DNA of 64,000 nucleotides from Frankiales bacterium (GTDB lineage Bacteria; Actinomycetota; Actinomycetes; Mycobacteriales; SCTD01): NCBI GenBank assembly GCA_025465135.1, contig JAODNA010000084.1, positions 2,599 to 66,598 of the forward strand, read 5' to 3'. Shown piece by piece: positions 55,957 to 64,000 of this stretch (position 1 is its first letter; each line of letters starts with the position of its first letter). The notes under the pieces were generated by a model. It saw only the letters and a program-made list of their open reading frames with translations, ran no database searches and was not told where the DNA came from. The position numbers and the translations under genes were made by a program.

Positions 55957-56412
55957 ATGGGAGAGCTGAAGGACCGCCTGCAGGGAGACCTGACCACGTC
56001 GATGAAGGCGCGTGATGAGCTGACGACGGCGACGCTGCGGATGGTGCTGACCGCAGTCGGCAACGAGGAGGTCGCCGGCAAGCAGGCCCGGCAGCTGTCC
56101 GACGACGAGGTGCTGAAGGTCATCGCGCGCGAGGCCAAGAAGCGCAGGGAGGCAGCCGACGCGTTCACCTCCGGTGGACGGCCCGATCGAGCGGAGCGGG
56201 AGCTCGCCGAGGAGAAGGTGCTGGACGCCTACCTGCCCGCGCAGCTGTCCGACGACGACCTCGCCGCCATCGTGCGGGAAGCGGTCGCAGAGGCCGGCGC
56301 GTCGGGGCCGCAGGCCATGGGGTCGGTCATGAAGCTCGTCGGCCCGAAGGTCGCCGGCCGGGCCGACGGTGGTCGCGTCGCTGCCGCGGTGCGAGCCGCA
56401 CTCGCCGGCTAG
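55957..56412 (+). CDS. GatB/YqeY-domain protein
   Basis: MGELKDRLQGDLTTSMKARDELTTATLRMVL...LSDDEVLKVIAREAKKRREAADAF. Confidence 0.85.
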   Translation: MGELKDRLQGDLTTSMKARDELTTATLRMVLTAVGNEEVAGKQARQLSDDEVLKVIAREAKKRREAADAFTSGGRPDRAERELAEEKVLDAYLPAQLSDDDLAAIVREAVAEAGASGPQAMGSVMKLVGPKVAGRADGGRVAAAVRAALAG

Positions 56413-58838
56413 CCGTGCCCGTGCCGCTTGCTCGGCCGGGGCGAGGGCTGCGGAGGGGGTTGCGGTGACTGCTGCGGTGGCGGGACGAACAACGAGGGCT
56501 CCGGTGACGGTGAGGGCGGCGGCGGTGTCCGCCCGTTCGACACGTAGACGGTGATCGTCGTTCCCGCAGTCACGAGCCGTCCGGCGTGCGGCGAGGTGTA
56601 GGGCGTGATGCCGAACGGCGTCGGCCCGGCAGACACGAATCCGCCGCTGCGGACGCCGAAGCCCGCGTCGGCCAAGGTCTGCTTGGCGACGTCGTACGGC
56701 TGCCCGCTCACATCCGGGACCGGCACGCGGTCGCCTTGCACCACCGTCGCGTCGGCGGCGTTGAAGTCCTGGACCGGCACGCCGTCGAGCGCGCTGCCCA
56801 TCGCCTGCCGCCAGATCGGGGCGGGCAGGCTGCCGCCGTAGATCTGCGTGTAGTAGCGGTGGTTGATGCTGATGTCCTTCATCGGCTCGGGCACGCCCGA
56901 CTTCGGGTTGGGCACCCCGAGCCAGACCGACGCTGCGAGCTGCGGCGTGTAGCCGATGAACCACGCCGCCCTCGACTCGTTGACCGTGCCGGTCTTGCCG
57001 GCAGCGGGCCGGCCGATCGACGCGTCCTTGCCGGTTCGGGCGGGCTCGGGGCCGTCGATGACGCCGCGCAGCACGGAGGTGACCGTGTCGGCGACGCCGG
57101 GCTCGAGCACCTGCGCGCAGGCCTGCGGCGGCACGGCGAGGGCCTTGCGATCCGGGCCGACGATGTCGGTCACGACGCGCGGCGGGCAGTAGAGCCCGTG
57201 CGCGGCGAACGTCGCGTAGGCCGCGGCCATGTCCAGCGGGCTCACGCCGTAGCTGCCGAGCACGAACGACCCACCGCGTCCGAGCGGCTGGTCGGCGACG
57301 AAGTCCTTGACGACGTGCACGCCCATCGACTCGGCGAGGGCGGCGGGCTTCTCCACACCGGTGCGCTCCTCCAGCTGGAGGAAGTACGTGTTCACTGAGA
57401 GCGCTGTTGCCTGCGTGAGGTTGAAGGTTCCCGCCTCGGAGTCGCCGGCGTTCTGGATCGTGTAGGGCCCGACCTGGCCGTCCTTGTAGTCCTTGAAGAC
57501 CCTCGACGTGTACTTCTGCGGCGCGTTCAGGGTGAGGCCCAGCGGGATGCCTTCCCGCAGCGCCTCGGCGATGACGAACGCCTTGAAGGTCGACCCGGCC
57601 TGGTAGCCGAACTGACCGCCGGTCGCGAGGTTGACCTTCGTGTTGCCCGCACCCTTGGCATCGCTGTAGGCCCGGTTCAGCACCATCGCGCGCAGGTTGC
57701 CGGTGCCCGGTTCGACCATGTTGATGGCGGCGGCCGCGCCGGAGTGATCGTTGCGCGGCACCTGCTCGTCGACGGCGGTCTGGGCGGCCAGCTGCACCTT
57801 CGGGTCGAGCGTCGTACGGATCGTCAGGCCGCCGCCGAAGAGGGCCCGCTGCCGCTCGTTCCTGGTGGCACCGAGGGCAGCGCCGACGGGGGTGTCCTCG
57901 AGGACGTGGCGCACGTAGTCGCAGAAGAACGGGGCGGAGACGGCGGCGTCCTCGCACCCGCTCCCGACCGGCCGGAGCGCGGTGAAGATCCCGAGTCCTT
58001 CGGCTGCCGCGCGCAGCGAGTCGCCGATGAAGCCGAGGTCCTCCATGCGTCGCAGTACGACGTCGCGGCGGTCCTTGGTCGCCTGGCGGATCGCCGGCTC
58101 CTTGCTGCTGGGGTCGAACTTGTTGGGGTTCTGCACCATGCCCGCCAGCAAGGCGGACTGCGCGAGGTTGAGCTTGTTGACCGGCTTCGCGAAGTAGTAG
58201 TTGGCCGCCGTACCGATGCCGTAGACCCCGTGGCCGAAGTAGGCGATGTTGAGGTAGCGCTCGAGGATCTGGTCCTTGCTGAGCTTGTGCTCCAGCGCGA
58301 TCGCGTAGCGCGCCTCGCGCAGCTTGCGGTCGATGCTGTCGGCCTTCGCGGCCTGCTGCCCGGCCTTCGTGGTCGCTGCGTCGATGAGGGCGTTCTTCAC
58401 GTACTGCTGCGTCAGCGTCGACGCGCCCTGCTTCACCCCGCCCGCGCCGGCGTTGGTCACCGCCGCGCGCACGATGCCCTTGTAGTCGACCCCGTGGTGG
58501 GCGTAGAAGCGGCTGTCCTCGATGGCGATGATGGCCTGGCGGGTGACGAGCGGCACGATGTTCAGCGCGACGCTGACCCGGTTCTGCAGGTACATCGTCG
58601 CGAGCAGGGAGCCGTCGGCGGCCAGGATCTTGCTGCGCTGCGCCGGCGGACCTGCCTCGAGGTTGGCCGGCAGGGCCAGGAAGTCGTCGGCACCGGACTT
58701 CGCCGTCAGCCCGACCGCCCCGACGACGGGGAAGGCGAGCGCGGCCAGCAGCAGGCCCATGACGCAGCTGACGACCAGCGCGAGGCCCAACCGGGAGGCG
58801 ACCGGCTCCGAGCCACGCGAGGTCCGAGCCACACCCAC
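56409..58838 (-). CDS. ponA: Class A penicillin-binding protein (GT51 transglycosylase + transpeptidase + PASTA)
   Basis: EDSRFYAHHGVD, GASTLTQQ, STFK, KTGT, PASTA (VPDVSGQPYDVAKQTLADAGF) and a Pro-rich tail. Confidence 0.92.
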   Translation of the reverse strand: MGVARTSRGSEPVASRLGLALVVSCVMGLLLAALAFPVVGAVGLTAKSGADDFLALPANLEAGPPAQRSKILAADGSLLATMYLQNRVSVALNIVPLVTRQAIIAIEDSRFYAHHGVDYKGIVRAAVTNAGAGGVKQGASTLTQQYVKNALIDAATTKAGQQAAKADSIDRKLREARYAIALEHKLSKDQILERYLNIAYFGHGVYGIGTAANYYFAKPVNKLNLAQSALLAGMVQNPNKFDPSSKEPAIRQATKDRRDVVLRRMEDLGFIGDSLRAAAEGLGIFTALRPVGSGCEDAAVSAPFFCDYVRHVLEDTPVGAALGATRNERQRALFGGGLTIRTTLDPKVQLAAQTAVDEQVPRNDHSGAAAAINMVEPGTGNLRAMVLNRAYSDAKGAGNTKVNLATGGQFGYQAGSTFKAFVIAEALREGIPLGLTLNAPQKYTSRVFKDYKDGQVGPYTIQNAGDSEAGTFNLTQATALSVNTYFLQLEERTGVEKPAALAESMGVHVVKDFVADQPLGRGGSFVLGSYGVSPLDMAAAYATFAAHGLYCPPRVVTDIVGPDRKALAVPPQACAQVLEPGVADTVTSVLRGVIDGPEPARTGKDASIGRPAAGKTGTVNESRAAWFIGYTPQLAASVWLGVPNPKSGVPEPMKDISINHRYYTQIYGGSLPAPIWRQAMGSALDGVPVQDFNAADATVVQGDRVPVPDVSGQPYDVAKQTLADAGFGVRSGGFVSAGPTPFGITPYTSPHAGRLVTAGTTITVYVSNGRTPPPPSPSPEPSLFVPPPQQSPQPPPQPSPRPSKRHGHG

Positions 58839-59034
58839 AGCCTACGTGGGGAGGCGAAGCCGCCGGCCGCGAAGCCCAATGCGATTGTCCGTTCTGCCCC
58901 AATGGCCCGATCGGACTACCCGGGAATGGGTCGATCGGGGTCTGCCGTCCGAGTCGTCCGCTTCCTACGTTGAGCGGGTCGGGACGCCACCCCCCTCAGC
59001 CGGCGGCCCACCGAGTCACCCGAGGACACTGCGC

Positions 59035-59331
59035 ATGTCGAGTCTCAACAGCCTCCAGGACTGGACCGCCCGGTCCTCGTGCAAGACCTCGGACCCGGAC
59101 GACCTGTTCGTCAGCGGTGCGGCGCAGAACCGGGCGAAGGCCGTCTGCATGGGCTGCCCGGTCCGTACGGAGTGCCTGTCGGACGCCCTCGACAACCGGG
59201 TGGAGTTCGGGGTCTGGGGCGGCATGACCGAGCGCGAGCGCCGGGCCCTGCTGCGCCGCCGCCCGGACGTCAGCTCCTGGCGCGTGCTGCTCGACACCGC
59301 CCGCGCGGCCCACGCCGCCACCGCCGTCTGA
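59035..59331 (+). CDS. whiB4: WhiB-family Fe-S transcriptional regulator, WhiB4-like
   Basis: C..(N)..CMGCPVRTEC plus DALDNRVEFGVWGGMTERERRALL. Adjacent to ponA, as in Mycobacterium. Confidence 0.85.
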   Translation: MSSLNSLQDWTARSSCKTSDPDDLFVSGAAQNRAKAVCMGCPVRTECLSDALDNRVEFGVWGGMTERERRALLRRRPDVSSWRVLLDTARAAHAATAV

Positions 59332-59332
59332 G

Positions 59333-60472
59333 TCAGGCGGACCTGGCGGCTGCCGAGCCGCCGGCCAGATCGGCACCCACGGCGCGCAGACCGTCGAGGT
59401 CGTGCACGTCGCCGGGCTGCGCCGCCACCTCGACCACGGGGACCCCGGGGTGCGCGGACGTGAAACGCGCTTCCATCCTCTGCTCGCGGACCGCCAGCCA
59501 GACCCGTTCCGCGTGCAGCCGCAGCACCGCACTCGCGAGGGCCGACCCCCCCGCCGACTCGAGCGTCTGTGCCGCCGCGACCGACCGCTCCGCGGTCAGT
59601 GACGTGACCTCCGAGCGGTGCACGCGGTTGACGACCAGTCCGGCCAGCGGCATCCGCTCGTCGGCGAGCCGCTCGACGAAGTACGCCGCCTCGCGCAGCG
59701 CGTCGCGCTCCGGCGCCGCCACGACGACGAACGACGTACCGGGCGCCTTCAGCAGGTCGTAGGTCGCCTGCGCCCGCTCGCGGAAGCCCCCGAACATCGT
59801 CTCGAGCGCGGCGACGAACTGCGAGACGTCCTGCAGCACAGAGGCACCGATGATCTTCGCGATCACACCGGTGAAGACGTTGAACCCTGCGCTCACGACC
59901 TTCAGGTAGGCCTTTCCGCCCGCCTTCGCCGGCGCCATCAGGATCTTGATCATCCGGCCGTCGAGGAAGGTCGTCAGCCGCTGCGGTGCATCGAGGAAGT
60001 CCAGGGCGGAGCGGGTCGGCGGGGTGTCGACGACGACCAGGTCGTAGTCGCCGGAAGCCTGGAGCTGGCCGAGCTTCTCCATGGCCATGTACTCCTGCGT
60101 CCCGGCGAAGGACGACGACAGGGCTTGGTAGAAGGGGTTGGCGAGGATCGCCTCGGCCTTTGCCGGCTCGGCGTGGGTGAGGACGATCTCGTCGAACGTC
60201 CGCTTCATGTCGAGCATCATCGCGTCGAGCGATCCGCCCGCCGACTCATCGACCCCGGTCACGCGGCGGGGGATGTTGTCCAGCTCGGAGAGCCCCATCG
60301 ACTGCGCGAGGCGCCGGGCCGGGTCGATGGTCAGCACGACGGTCCGCCGACCGCGCTCGGCGGCGCGCAGCGCCAGCGCGGCTGCCGTCGTCGTCTTCCC
60401 GACGCCACCTGCCCCGCAGCAGACGAGGATGCGCGCGCCGTCGATCGTGGCGTCGATGTCCAGGGCACTCAT
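59333..60472 (-). CDS. ArsA/Get3-like P-loop ATPase
   Basis: CCGAGGVGKTT deviant Walker A and DTPPT. Pairs with the upstream paralog, as with Rv3679/Rv3680. Confidence 0.85.
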   Translation of the reverse strand: MSALDIDATIDGARILVCCGAGGVGKTTTAAALALRAAERGRRTVVLTIDPARRLAQSMGLSELDNIPRRVTGVDESAGGSLDAMMLDMKRTFDEIVLTHAEPAKAEAILANPFYQALSSSFAGTQEYMAMEKLGQLQASGDYDLVVVDTPPTRSALDFLDAPQRLTTFLDGRMIKILMAPAKAGGKAYLKVVSAGFNVFTGVIAKIIGASVLQDVSQFVAALETMFGGFRERAQATYDLLKAPGTSFVVVAAPERDALREAAYFVERLADERMPLAGLVVNRVHRSEVTSLTAERSVAAAQTLESAGGSALASAVLRLHAERVWLAVREQRMEARFTSAHPGVPVVEVAAQPGDVHDLDGLRAVGADLAGGSAAARSA

Positions 60473-61458
60473 GCGAGGCCCTGCTCGTGCAGCAGCTCGG
60501 CCAAGCGGTAGAGGCTCCCGAGGTCGACCGACTGTGTGAGGAGCGGAAGCTCGTAGGACGGCCGGTGCAGGTCGCCCAGGCTGTCTCGACCGCGCTCCTC
60601 GAGAGCGACACGATGCGCGTGGTCGGTCGCCTCGGTCGCGAGTGCGGACACCAGCGAGTCGTCGGCCTCCAGCCCGGCCTCCTTCAGCCCGGCGGCCAGT
60701 GCGGCGACGTCGAGGCGCCCCTCCTCGGCAGCCAGCAGGTCCGGGAGCGGCAGCAGCGGCTCGCGTACGGCGTTGACGATGATGCCGCCGACCGGGAGCT
60801 GCGCCGCGGTCAGCTCGGCGACGCCGTCGAGGGTCTCCTGCACCGGCATCTCCTCGAGCAGGGTCACCAGGTGCACGACGGTCTGCTCCGACCGCAGCAC
60901 CGCCATCACGTGGTCGGACTGGTTCTTGATCGGGCCGACCTTCGCCAGGCCGCCCATCTCGTGGGAGATGTTGAGGAACCGCGTGATGCGACCGGTGGGC
61001 GGCCCGTCGAGCACGACGGCGTCGTAGGCGGGGCTGCCGTCCTTCGCCCGCCGTACGACGGCCTCCTTGACCTTTCCGGTCAGCAGCACGTCACGCAGAC
61101 CGGGCGCGATCGTCGTCGCGAAGTCGATGGCCCCCATCCGCCGCAGCGTCCGGGCCGGGATCCCGTTGGGGGACAACCGGTAGAACAGGTGCAGGTAGTC
61201 GAGGAGCGCTTCCTCGGGGTCGATCGCGAGTGCGTAGACGTCGCCCCCGCCGGGCGCGACGGCGACCTTGCGCTCCTCGTAGGGCAGCGGGGGGGAGTCG
61301 AACAGCTGGGCGATGCCCTGCCGGCCCTCGACCTCGGTGAGCAGGACCTTCTTGCCGCCGGAGGCCAGCGCGAGCGCGAGAGCCGCGGCCACGGTCGTCT
61401 TGCCGGTGCCGCCCTTGCCGGTGACGACGTGCAGTCGCGCACCGGGGAAGTCAGCCAC
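60469..61458 (-). CDS. ArsA/Get3-like P-loop ATPase (paralog)
   Basis: VTGKGGTGKTT. Start set at GTG 61458, which puts the P-loop about 13 aa from the N-terminus. The track ORF extends to 61566, so the start is uncertain. Confidence 0.8.
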   Translation of the reverse strand: MADFPGARLHVVTGKGGTGKTTVAAALALALASGGKKVLLTEVEGRQGIAQLFDSPPLPYEERKVAVAPGGGDVYALAIDPEEALLDYLHLFYRLSPNGIPARTLRRMGAIDFATTIAPGLRDVLLTGKVKEAVVRRAKDGSPAYDAVVLDGPPTGRITRFLNISHEMGGLAKVGPIKNQSDHVMAVLRSEQTVVHLVTLLEEMPVQETLDGVAELTAAQLPVGGIIVNAVREPLLPLPDLLAAEEGRLDVAALAAGLKEAGLEADDSLVSALATEATDHAHRVALEERGRDSLGDLHRPSYELPLLTQSVDLGSLYRLAELLHEQGLA

Positions 61459-61610
61459 CTGACCAGCGTAGGTCCGCGGGAACCAGCCCGCCCCCGCACG
61501 GCGACGGCCGTTCGGGAGACGGACTTGAAACAGCCGGCAGGAATCTGCACGCCGAGCGCGAATCATCTGTCTGTGACGCGGGCCACACCCCGCTCGTGGA
61601 GAAGGTGATC

Positions 61611-61886
61611 ATGCTCTCTGAACCCCTCTGGCGTGCCTCTGCGCAGTGCCGTCGAGACAACGCCTCCTACTTCTTCGCGCCTCCGCACTTCGAGCGCAAG
61701 GAGGAGAAGGACGCGCGTGAAGGCGTCGCCCGTGCGCTGTGCCGCGCGTGCCCCGTGCAGCGCGAGTGCCTGGAGTACTCCATCGCCGTCCAGGAGCCGC
61801 ACGGCATCTGGGGCGGCATGAACGAGCTCGAACGCCGACGGCTGCAGCGCAAGCGCGCGGCGGAAGCCGAGCAGCAGTCGGCCTGA
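61611..61886 (+). CDS. WhiB-family transcriptional regulator
   Basis: C...CRACPVQREC and HGIWGGMNELERRRL. ATG 61611 after gagaagg. Confidence 0.8.
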   Translation: MLSEPLWRASAQCRRDNASYFFAPPHFERKEEKDAREGVARALCRACPVQRECLEYSIAVQEPHGIWGGMNELERRRLQRKRAAEAEQQSA

Positions 61887-61918
61887 TCCTCGTGCTGCCG
61901 CCTGGCTAGGCTGGCCGC

Positions 61919-62089
61919 ATGCAGAAGTGGGAGTACGCCACCGTCCCGCTGCTCGTCCATGCGACGAAGCAGATCCTCGACAGCTGGGGCAGCGACGGCT
62001 GGGAGCTCGTGCAGGTCGTGCCCGGTCCCGGCGGCGGTGACCAGCTCGTGGCCTACTTCAAGCGCGTGAGCTCAGGGGACGGAGCATGA
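61919..62089 (+). CDS. DUF4177-family small protein
   Basis: Below the track length cutoff. MQKWEYATVPLLVHATKQILDSWGSDGWELVQVVPGPGGGDQLVAYFKR. ATGA overlap with the next gene. Confidence 0.7.
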   Translation: MQKWEYATVPLLVHATKQILDSWGSDGWELVQVVPGPGGGDQLVAYFKRVSSGDGA

Positions 62090-62547
62090 CCCCGTCGGCG
62101 AAGCTGGCCGAGCTCGGTCTGACGCTGCCCTCCGTCGTGCCGCCTGTCGCGGCCTACATCCCGGCGACGCAGACCGGCAGCCTCGTCTACACCTCGGGTC
62201 AGCTGCCGATGGTCAACGGCGAGCTTCCCTCGGTCGGGAAGGTCGGGGCGCAGGTCACCGCCGAGCAGGGCAAGGACCTCGCGCGCACGTGTGCACTCAA
62301 CGCGCTCGCAGCCATCGACGCCCTGGTCGGGCTGGACAACGTCGTGCGGGTCGTGAAGGTCGTCGGCTTCGTGGCGTCGACCCCCGAGTTCACCGGCCAG
62401 CCCGGCGTCGTCAACGGGGCCTCCGAGCTGCTCGGTGAGGTGTTCGGCGACGCGGGCCGCCACGCCCGCTCGGCAGTCGGGGTCGCCGCGCTTCCCCTCG
62501 ACGCCCCGGTCGAGGTGGAGCTCATCGTCGAGGTTGCGGCCTCTTGA
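62086..62547 (+). CDS. RidA/YjgF-family protein
   Basis: 153 aa. YTSGQLP...GKVG...VEVELIV pattern. Confidence 0.85.
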   Translation: MTPSAKLAELGLTLPSVVPPVAAYIPATQTGSLVYTSGQLPMVNGELPSVGKVGAQVTAEQGKDLARTCALNALAAIDALVGLDNVVRVVKVVGFVASTPEFTGQPGVVNGASELLGEVFGDAGRHARSAVGVAALPLDAPVEVELIVEVAAS

Positions 62548-63365
62548 GCGATGGCGGGCTCCCCCCGGCGTTCCTGGAGCGCGCCCGTGCAGCTCAGGAC
62601 CCCTCCTTCGTCGCCGCCGAGCCACGCCATGCCGCGACGGTCGCTCTGGTCAGGGACGCGCCCGGGGGGATGCAGGTCTACCTCCTGCGCCGGGTCCGCG
62701 GTATGGCGTTCGCCGGCGGCATGCACGTGTTCCCGGGCGGGTCGGTCGACCCGGCCGACGCGACCGCCGCGATCGGCTGGGAGGGCCCCGAGGCGGCGGA
62801 GTGGGCCGGCTTCTTCGGTACGACGGAGCCGATGGCCCGGTCGCTGGTCTGCGCCGCCGTCCGCGAGACCTTCGAGGAGTCGGGTGTGCTCCTCGCCGGG
62901 TCCGGCGGCGGGCTGCTCGACGACGTGAGCACCGACGAGTGGGAGGCCGAGCGGGTAGGGCTCGAGGGCCGCGAGCACTCGCTCTCGGACCTGCTGGCCC
63001 GGCGTGGGCTCGTGCTGCGGTCGGACCTGCTGCGGCCGCTGGCCCACTGGATCACGCCCGAAGTCGAGCCCAAGCGGTTCGACACAAGGTTCTTCCTGGC
63101 CCGTCTGCCGGAGGGGCAGGTGACGCGCGCCGCCGGCACCGAGGCCGACCAGCGCGTCTGGCTGCGCCCCGGCGACGCCCTCGCGCAAGAGCTCACGATG
63201 CTGCCGCCGACGAAAGCGGTGCTGACCGAGCTGTCGGCGTACGACACGGTCGACAGCGCGCTGGCTGCCGAGCGCCCGATCAGCCCGGTGCTGCCGAAGC
63301 TGCTCGTCGACCCCGACGACCGCCTCGTCTTCCTGCTGCCTGGCGACGACGGCTACCCGCGCTGA
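62544..63365 (+). CDS. NUDIX hydrolase
   Basis: Nudix box region FPGGSVD...AAVRETFEESGV. TTG start overlapping the RidA stop. Confidence 0.8.
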   Translation: MSDGGLPPAFLERARAAQDPSFVAAEPRHAATVALVRDAPGGMQVYLLRRVRGMAFAGGMHVFPGGSVDPADATAAIGWEGPEAAEWAGFFGTTEPMARSLVCAAVRETFEESGVLLAGSGGGLLDDVSTDEWEAERVGLEGREHSLSDLLARRGLVLRSDLLRPLAHWITPEVEPKRFDTRFFLARLPEGQVTRAAGTEADQRVWLRPGDALAQELTMLPPTKAVLTELSAYDTVDSALAAERPISPVLPKLLVDPDDRLVFLLPGDDGYPR

Positions 63366-64000
63366 TGGCCGCGCCGCGGCGGGTCACCGGCACCGCCTCG
63401 GTGGTCCTCGCGCCCAACCCGGGGCCGATGACGCTGGACGGCACCAACACCTGGATCCTGCGCGCTCCCGACTCGCAGGCATGCGTCGTCGTCGACCCGG
63501 GTCCCGAGCACGAGGACCACCTCGTCACCGTCGCGTCCTGCGGCCCGGTGGCCACGATCCTGCTGACCCACGGGCACGTCGACCACAGCGAGGGGGCGAG
63601 CCGGCTCGCTGCCCTGACCGGTGCACCCGTTCGAGCCCTCGATGCGGCTCACCGCCTGGGCGACGAAGGTCTGGGCGAAGGCGAGGTCGTCGCCGCAGCG
63701 GGCCTGGAGATCCGGGTCGCGGCGACGCCGGGCCACAGCTCCGACTCGCTGTCGTTCGTCCTGCCTGACGCGGTCCTCACCGGTGACACGATCCTCGGTC
63801 GCGGCACGACGGTGGTCGCCCATCCCGATGGCGTGCTGGCCGACTACCTCGCGTCACTGCGCCGGCTGCGAGAGCTCGGTGACGTCACCGTGCTGCCGGG
63901 CCACGGCCCCGAGCTGCCGTCGGCCGGCGTCGCGGCTTCGCAGTACCTCGCCCACCGCGAGCAGCGACTCGAGCAGGTGCGCGAGGCCGTCGCCGCGGGT
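63365..64000 (+). CDS. MBL-fold metallo-hydrolase (3' end beyond window)
   Basis: ATG 63365 (TGATG overlap). LLTHGHVDHSEG and TPGHSSDS. Absent from the track because there is no stop within the window. Confidence 0.8.
   Translation, partial: MAAPRRVTGTASVVLAPNPGPMTLDGTNTWILRAPDSQACVVVDPGPEHEDHLVTVASCGPVATILLTHGHVDHSEGASRLAALTGAPVRALDAAHRLGDEGLGEGEVVAAAGLEIRVAATPGHSSDSLSFVLPDAVLTGDTILGRGTTVVAHPDGVLADYLASLRRLRELGDVTVLPGHGPELPSAGVAASQYLAHREQRLEQVREAVAAG

Overview
High-GC (roughly 70%+) actinobacterial chromosome; the gene order looks Nocardioides/Propionibacteriales-like, but that taxon is a guess. Most of the window is conserved core backbone. It includes an OmpR/HK two-component pair, murB, recQ and tadA-tRNA-Ser. 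It also includes tRNA-Ser-SRP RNA-dnaX, ybaB-recR, ask...asd and a Ser/Thr kinase. The end of the window carries ponA-whiB4-like-two ArsA-like ATPases-whiB-DUF4177-RidA-Nudix-MBL, the order known from Mycobacterium and Corynebacterium. Many long ORFs in the supplied track are high-GC shadow or composite frames. I re-derived starts from RBSs, 4-nt start/stop overlaps and domain boundaries. Three accessory insertions stand out. (1) Between the two tRNA-Ser genes (27.8-34.9 kb) lie three LPXTG-type, repeat-rich surface-protein genes plus a kinase-like gene. Two of these otherwise unrelated genes are preceded by nearly identical ~300-nt non-coding leaders. Each leader is an internal tandem duplication, giving four copies of a 22-nt invariant core with compensatory hairpins. 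I consider this a candidate undescribed cis-regulatory RNA and the most interesting signal in the window. (2) At 11.7-13.8 kb there is a translationally coupled operon: an EspC-like small protein, a WXG/T7SS-type N-terminal domain fused to a TNT-like C-terminal toxin domain, and an overlapping small candidate immunity gene. (3) At 37.0-39.4 kb, inserted between dnaX and ybaB-recR, there is a second operon: a WXG-like protein homologous to the toxin N-terminus, an EspG-like protein and an alpha/beta hydrolase. No T7SS core genes, sortase, integrase, transposase or CRISPR array are present in the window.
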